The notes below the pieces were generated by a model. The model was not told where the DNA came from and searched no databases. It was given only the letters and a program-made list of their open reading frames with translations. A program made the translations under genes and the position numbers. From Candidatus Entotheonellaceae bacterium (GTDB lineage Bacteria > Tectomicrobia > Entotheonellia > Entotheonellales > Entotheonellaceae): DNA of 64,000 nucleotides. Below, piece after piece: positions 61,894-64,000 of this stretch. The stretch covers positions 832,001 to 896,000 of the forward strand of contig OZ250173.1 in the NCBI GenBank assembly GCA_965238075.1, given 5' to 3'. Position 1 is the first letter of the stretch, and each line of letters begins with the position of its first letter.

Positions 61894-63720
61894 TCAGAGA
61901 TATTGACCCGGCGCGATGTCTTCGACCGGCTGCGCACGCGGCGCCGTCGAGCCGACCAAGGTCCGGATGTTGACGATCCTTTCACCCTTGGTGCCCGAGA
62001 TGCGCGTCCAATCGTCGGGGTTCGTCGTGTTGGGGAGGTCTTCGTTCTCCTTGAATTCCCCTTTGACGGCATCGATCAGGTCCTCGGATTTGAGCCCTTT
62101 CTCCTGCGTCGCCAGGTGGCGCTTGAGAGCTATCTTTTTGGCTCGTGCGACGATGTTTTCAATCATGGCGCCGCTGGCAAAATCCTTGAAGTAGAACACT
62201 TCGCGGTCACCCTTGGCGTAGGTCACTTCCAAGAACCGGTTCTCGTCGCGGGTGCTGTACATGTGCTCGCAGGCCTGTTCGATGAGCCACGCCACCGCCG
62301 CTTGCCGGTCGCCATTCCAATGCCGCAGCAGGTCTTCGTGCAACGGCAGGTCGGGCACCAGGTATTTGGAGAAAATATCTCTGGCGGCGGCCTTGCCGGG
62401 GCGATCGACCTTGATCTTGATATCGAGCCTGCCAGGCCGCAAGACCGCCGGATCGATCAGATCCTGGCGGTTGCTGGCGCCGATAATGATCACGTTTTCC
62501 AGCGATTCCAAACCGTCGAGCTCGGATAGAAATTGCGCCACCACGGTGATTTCCACGTCCGACGAAATACCCGAGCCGCGCACCCGGAACAGGGCATCCA
62601 TTTCGTCAAAGAACACGATGACGGGGGTCGTTTCGTTCGCCTTCTCGCGCGCCTTGTTGAACACTTCGCGAATTTTGGATTCGGTCTCGCCAACGTATTT
62701 GTTGAGCAGTTCCGGGCCCTTGATGTTGAGGAAATAACTGCGCGCCTCGACGCCGGTGCGCTCCGATAGCTTCTGCGCCAGGCTGTTGGCCACGGCCTTG
62801 GCGATCAGTGTTTTGCCGCAGCCGGGCGGGCCGTATAACAACACGCCTTTAGGCGGCCGCAGGCGGTGCTCACGAAATTCATCGGGATACAAATACGGCA
62901 ATTCGATACCGTCACGCAGCTCGCCGATCTGCTCGTCGAGGCCACCGATGTCGTCATAGGACACATCCGGCACCTCTTCGAGGACGACCTCCTCAACCTG
63001 GAACTTGGGCAGCTTTTCCAGCACGTAGCTGGAGCGCGGCTCCAAAAGCAGATTGTCCCCCACGTCCAGATGCACGTCGCGCATGTATTCGGTCAGCATG
63101 ACCACCCGCTCTTCGTCCGCACGCCCAATCACCAGCACGCGGCTGTCATCGAGCCGGTCCAGCAGGCGCACCACTTCGCCGCGATTCTCGTACTCGCCCA
63201 CTTCGATGACGTTCAGGGATTCATTCAGAACAAGGAGCTGACCGGGGGAAAATTCACAGAATTCCAGCTTGGGGTGAATGTTGACGCGCAAATGCCGGCC
63301 GTCGAGGTCCAGGTCGATAGTGCCGTCCTTGTTGCGCTGCCGGAACACGCCGTAGCTGTTCGGCGGCATGCACAGCTTTTCCACCTCTTTCTTCAGGGTG
63401 CTGATATTCTCCTTCGCCTCCCGAAGCGTGTGCACCAGCTTCTCGTTTTGCCGCCTGCCCTGCCCCAACTGCTCAACGACCTGATGGTATTTGCGCTTGA
63501 GCGCTTCGTAATGACCAAGCGTCTTCTCCAGATGCCGTTCGACGTGCTCGGAATTGTGCTGGACATGCCGAATCTTCTCTCGCAGGTCCTTGATCTCCAA
63601 CTCGTATTGAATGAGTTTGCTCCGAACGGAGGCTTGTGAGCGAAGCGTGTCAATGGAGAACTTACGCACCGTGTCGCGAATGGATTTCTTTCCTTCTCTC
63701 TTGCCCGGGAAGTCTTCCAT
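61894..63720 (-). CDS. arc: Proteasome ATPase ARC/Mpa
   Basis: Coiled coil, PP..YG OB domains, [34 protein letters not shown]-terminal GQYL. Confidence 0.97.
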   Translation of the reverse strand: MEDFPGKREGKKSIRDTVRKFSIDTLRSQASVRSKLIQYELEIKDLREKIRHVQHNSEHVERHLEKTLGHYEALKRKYHQVVEQLGQGRRQNEKLVHTLREAKENISTLKKEVEKLCMPPNSYGVFRQRNKDGTIDLDLDGRHLRVNIHPKLEFCEFSPGQLLVLNESLNVIEVGEYENRGEVVRLLDRLDDSRVLVIGRADEERVVMLTEYMRDVHLDVGDNLLLEPRSSYVLEKLPKFQVEEVVLEEVPDVSYDDIGGLDEQIGELRDGIELPYLYPDEFREHRLRPPKGVLLYGPPGCGKTLIAKAVANSLAQKLSERTGVEARSYFLNIKGPELLNKYVGETESKIREVFNKAREKANETTPVIVFFDEMDALFRVRGSGISSDVEITVVAQFLSELDGLESLENVIIIGASNRQDLIDPAVLRPGRLDIKIKVDRPGKAAARDIFSKYLVPDLPLHEDLLRHWNGDRQAAVAWLIEQACEHMYSTRDENRFLEVTYAKGDREVFYFKDFASGAMIENIVARAKKIALKRHLATQEKGLKSEDLIDAVKGEFKENEDLPNTTNPDDWTRISGTKGERIVNIRTLVGSTAPRAQPVEDIAPGQYL

Positions 63721-63793
63721 AGGGAACCCGCCCTCCTTCTCCCATTCAAACAGTGCTCAGGCAAATCCTTCCACCCCTCGATGTGGGGCGCTT

Positions 63794-63823
63794 ACCGTAG
63801 CACATTTCTCGAAAGAGTGTCAA
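63794..63823 (-). promoter_or_regulatory. Putative sigma70 promoter of the Pup-proteasome operon
   Basis: TTGACA-18 nt-TACGGT with an extended TG. Confidence 0.5.
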
Positions 63824-63960
63824 GCCTCAAAATTCTTGTAATGTACTGAATTTCTTGAATTTACTGACGCGCCACCTTGCATCCAATTCCCCTTGTAAGA
63901 AACCGCCACGATTCAACGGGATGCGTGAAGCACCGCTCACGATAGGGCGATGAGCCTCGC

Positions 63961-63990
63961 TTGACAAAGCCCGATGCAGCGAAGCATGAT
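63961..63990 (+). promoter_or_regulatory. Putative divergent sigma70 promoter for a gene beyond the window
   Basis: TTGACA-18 nt-CATGAT. Confidence 0.35.
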
Positions 63991-64000
63991 TGTAGACGTT

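Overview
GC-rich bacterial chromosomal window. Type IV minor pilins, a HlyD adaptor and a pilotin-like protein suggest a diderm organism, which also carries a complete Pup-proteasome operon (arc-dop-pup-prcB-prcA-pafA, 57189-63720). That points to a non-actinobacterial lineage such as Tectomicrobia, Nitrospinota or Nitrospirota; this is inference only. Intact core and metabolic genes include mfd, aguA/aguB, sat-cysC, a LonC-like protease, tenA, a PheA-TyrA fusion, nadD, coaX, purC, AOR, ddl and a MoxR-DUF58-vWA operon. They are interleaved with many decayed defence or mobile modules: BrnTA fragments cut by an IS3 remnant, HigBA with a nonsense codon in higA, an MmeI-like RM pseudogene, a broken integron (intI pseudogene, a 59-bp attC, two cassettes) lying between apparent TA-gene fragments, a Type I RM operon with two accessory genes and a frameshifted hsdM, and a Type III res fragment. 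Intergenic DNA holds at least five short palindromic repeat families, some nested in each other and some inserted in-frame in proteins. The most notable items are a B12/radical-SAM-like protein lacking CxxxCxxC, a 24-bp covarying mini-hairpin found in three kinds of host, heptamer hairpins (one inside Mfd) that may be linked to the four-helix-bundle gene, and an N-terminally extended Pup. All calls rest on motif recognition by eye; no searches were run.
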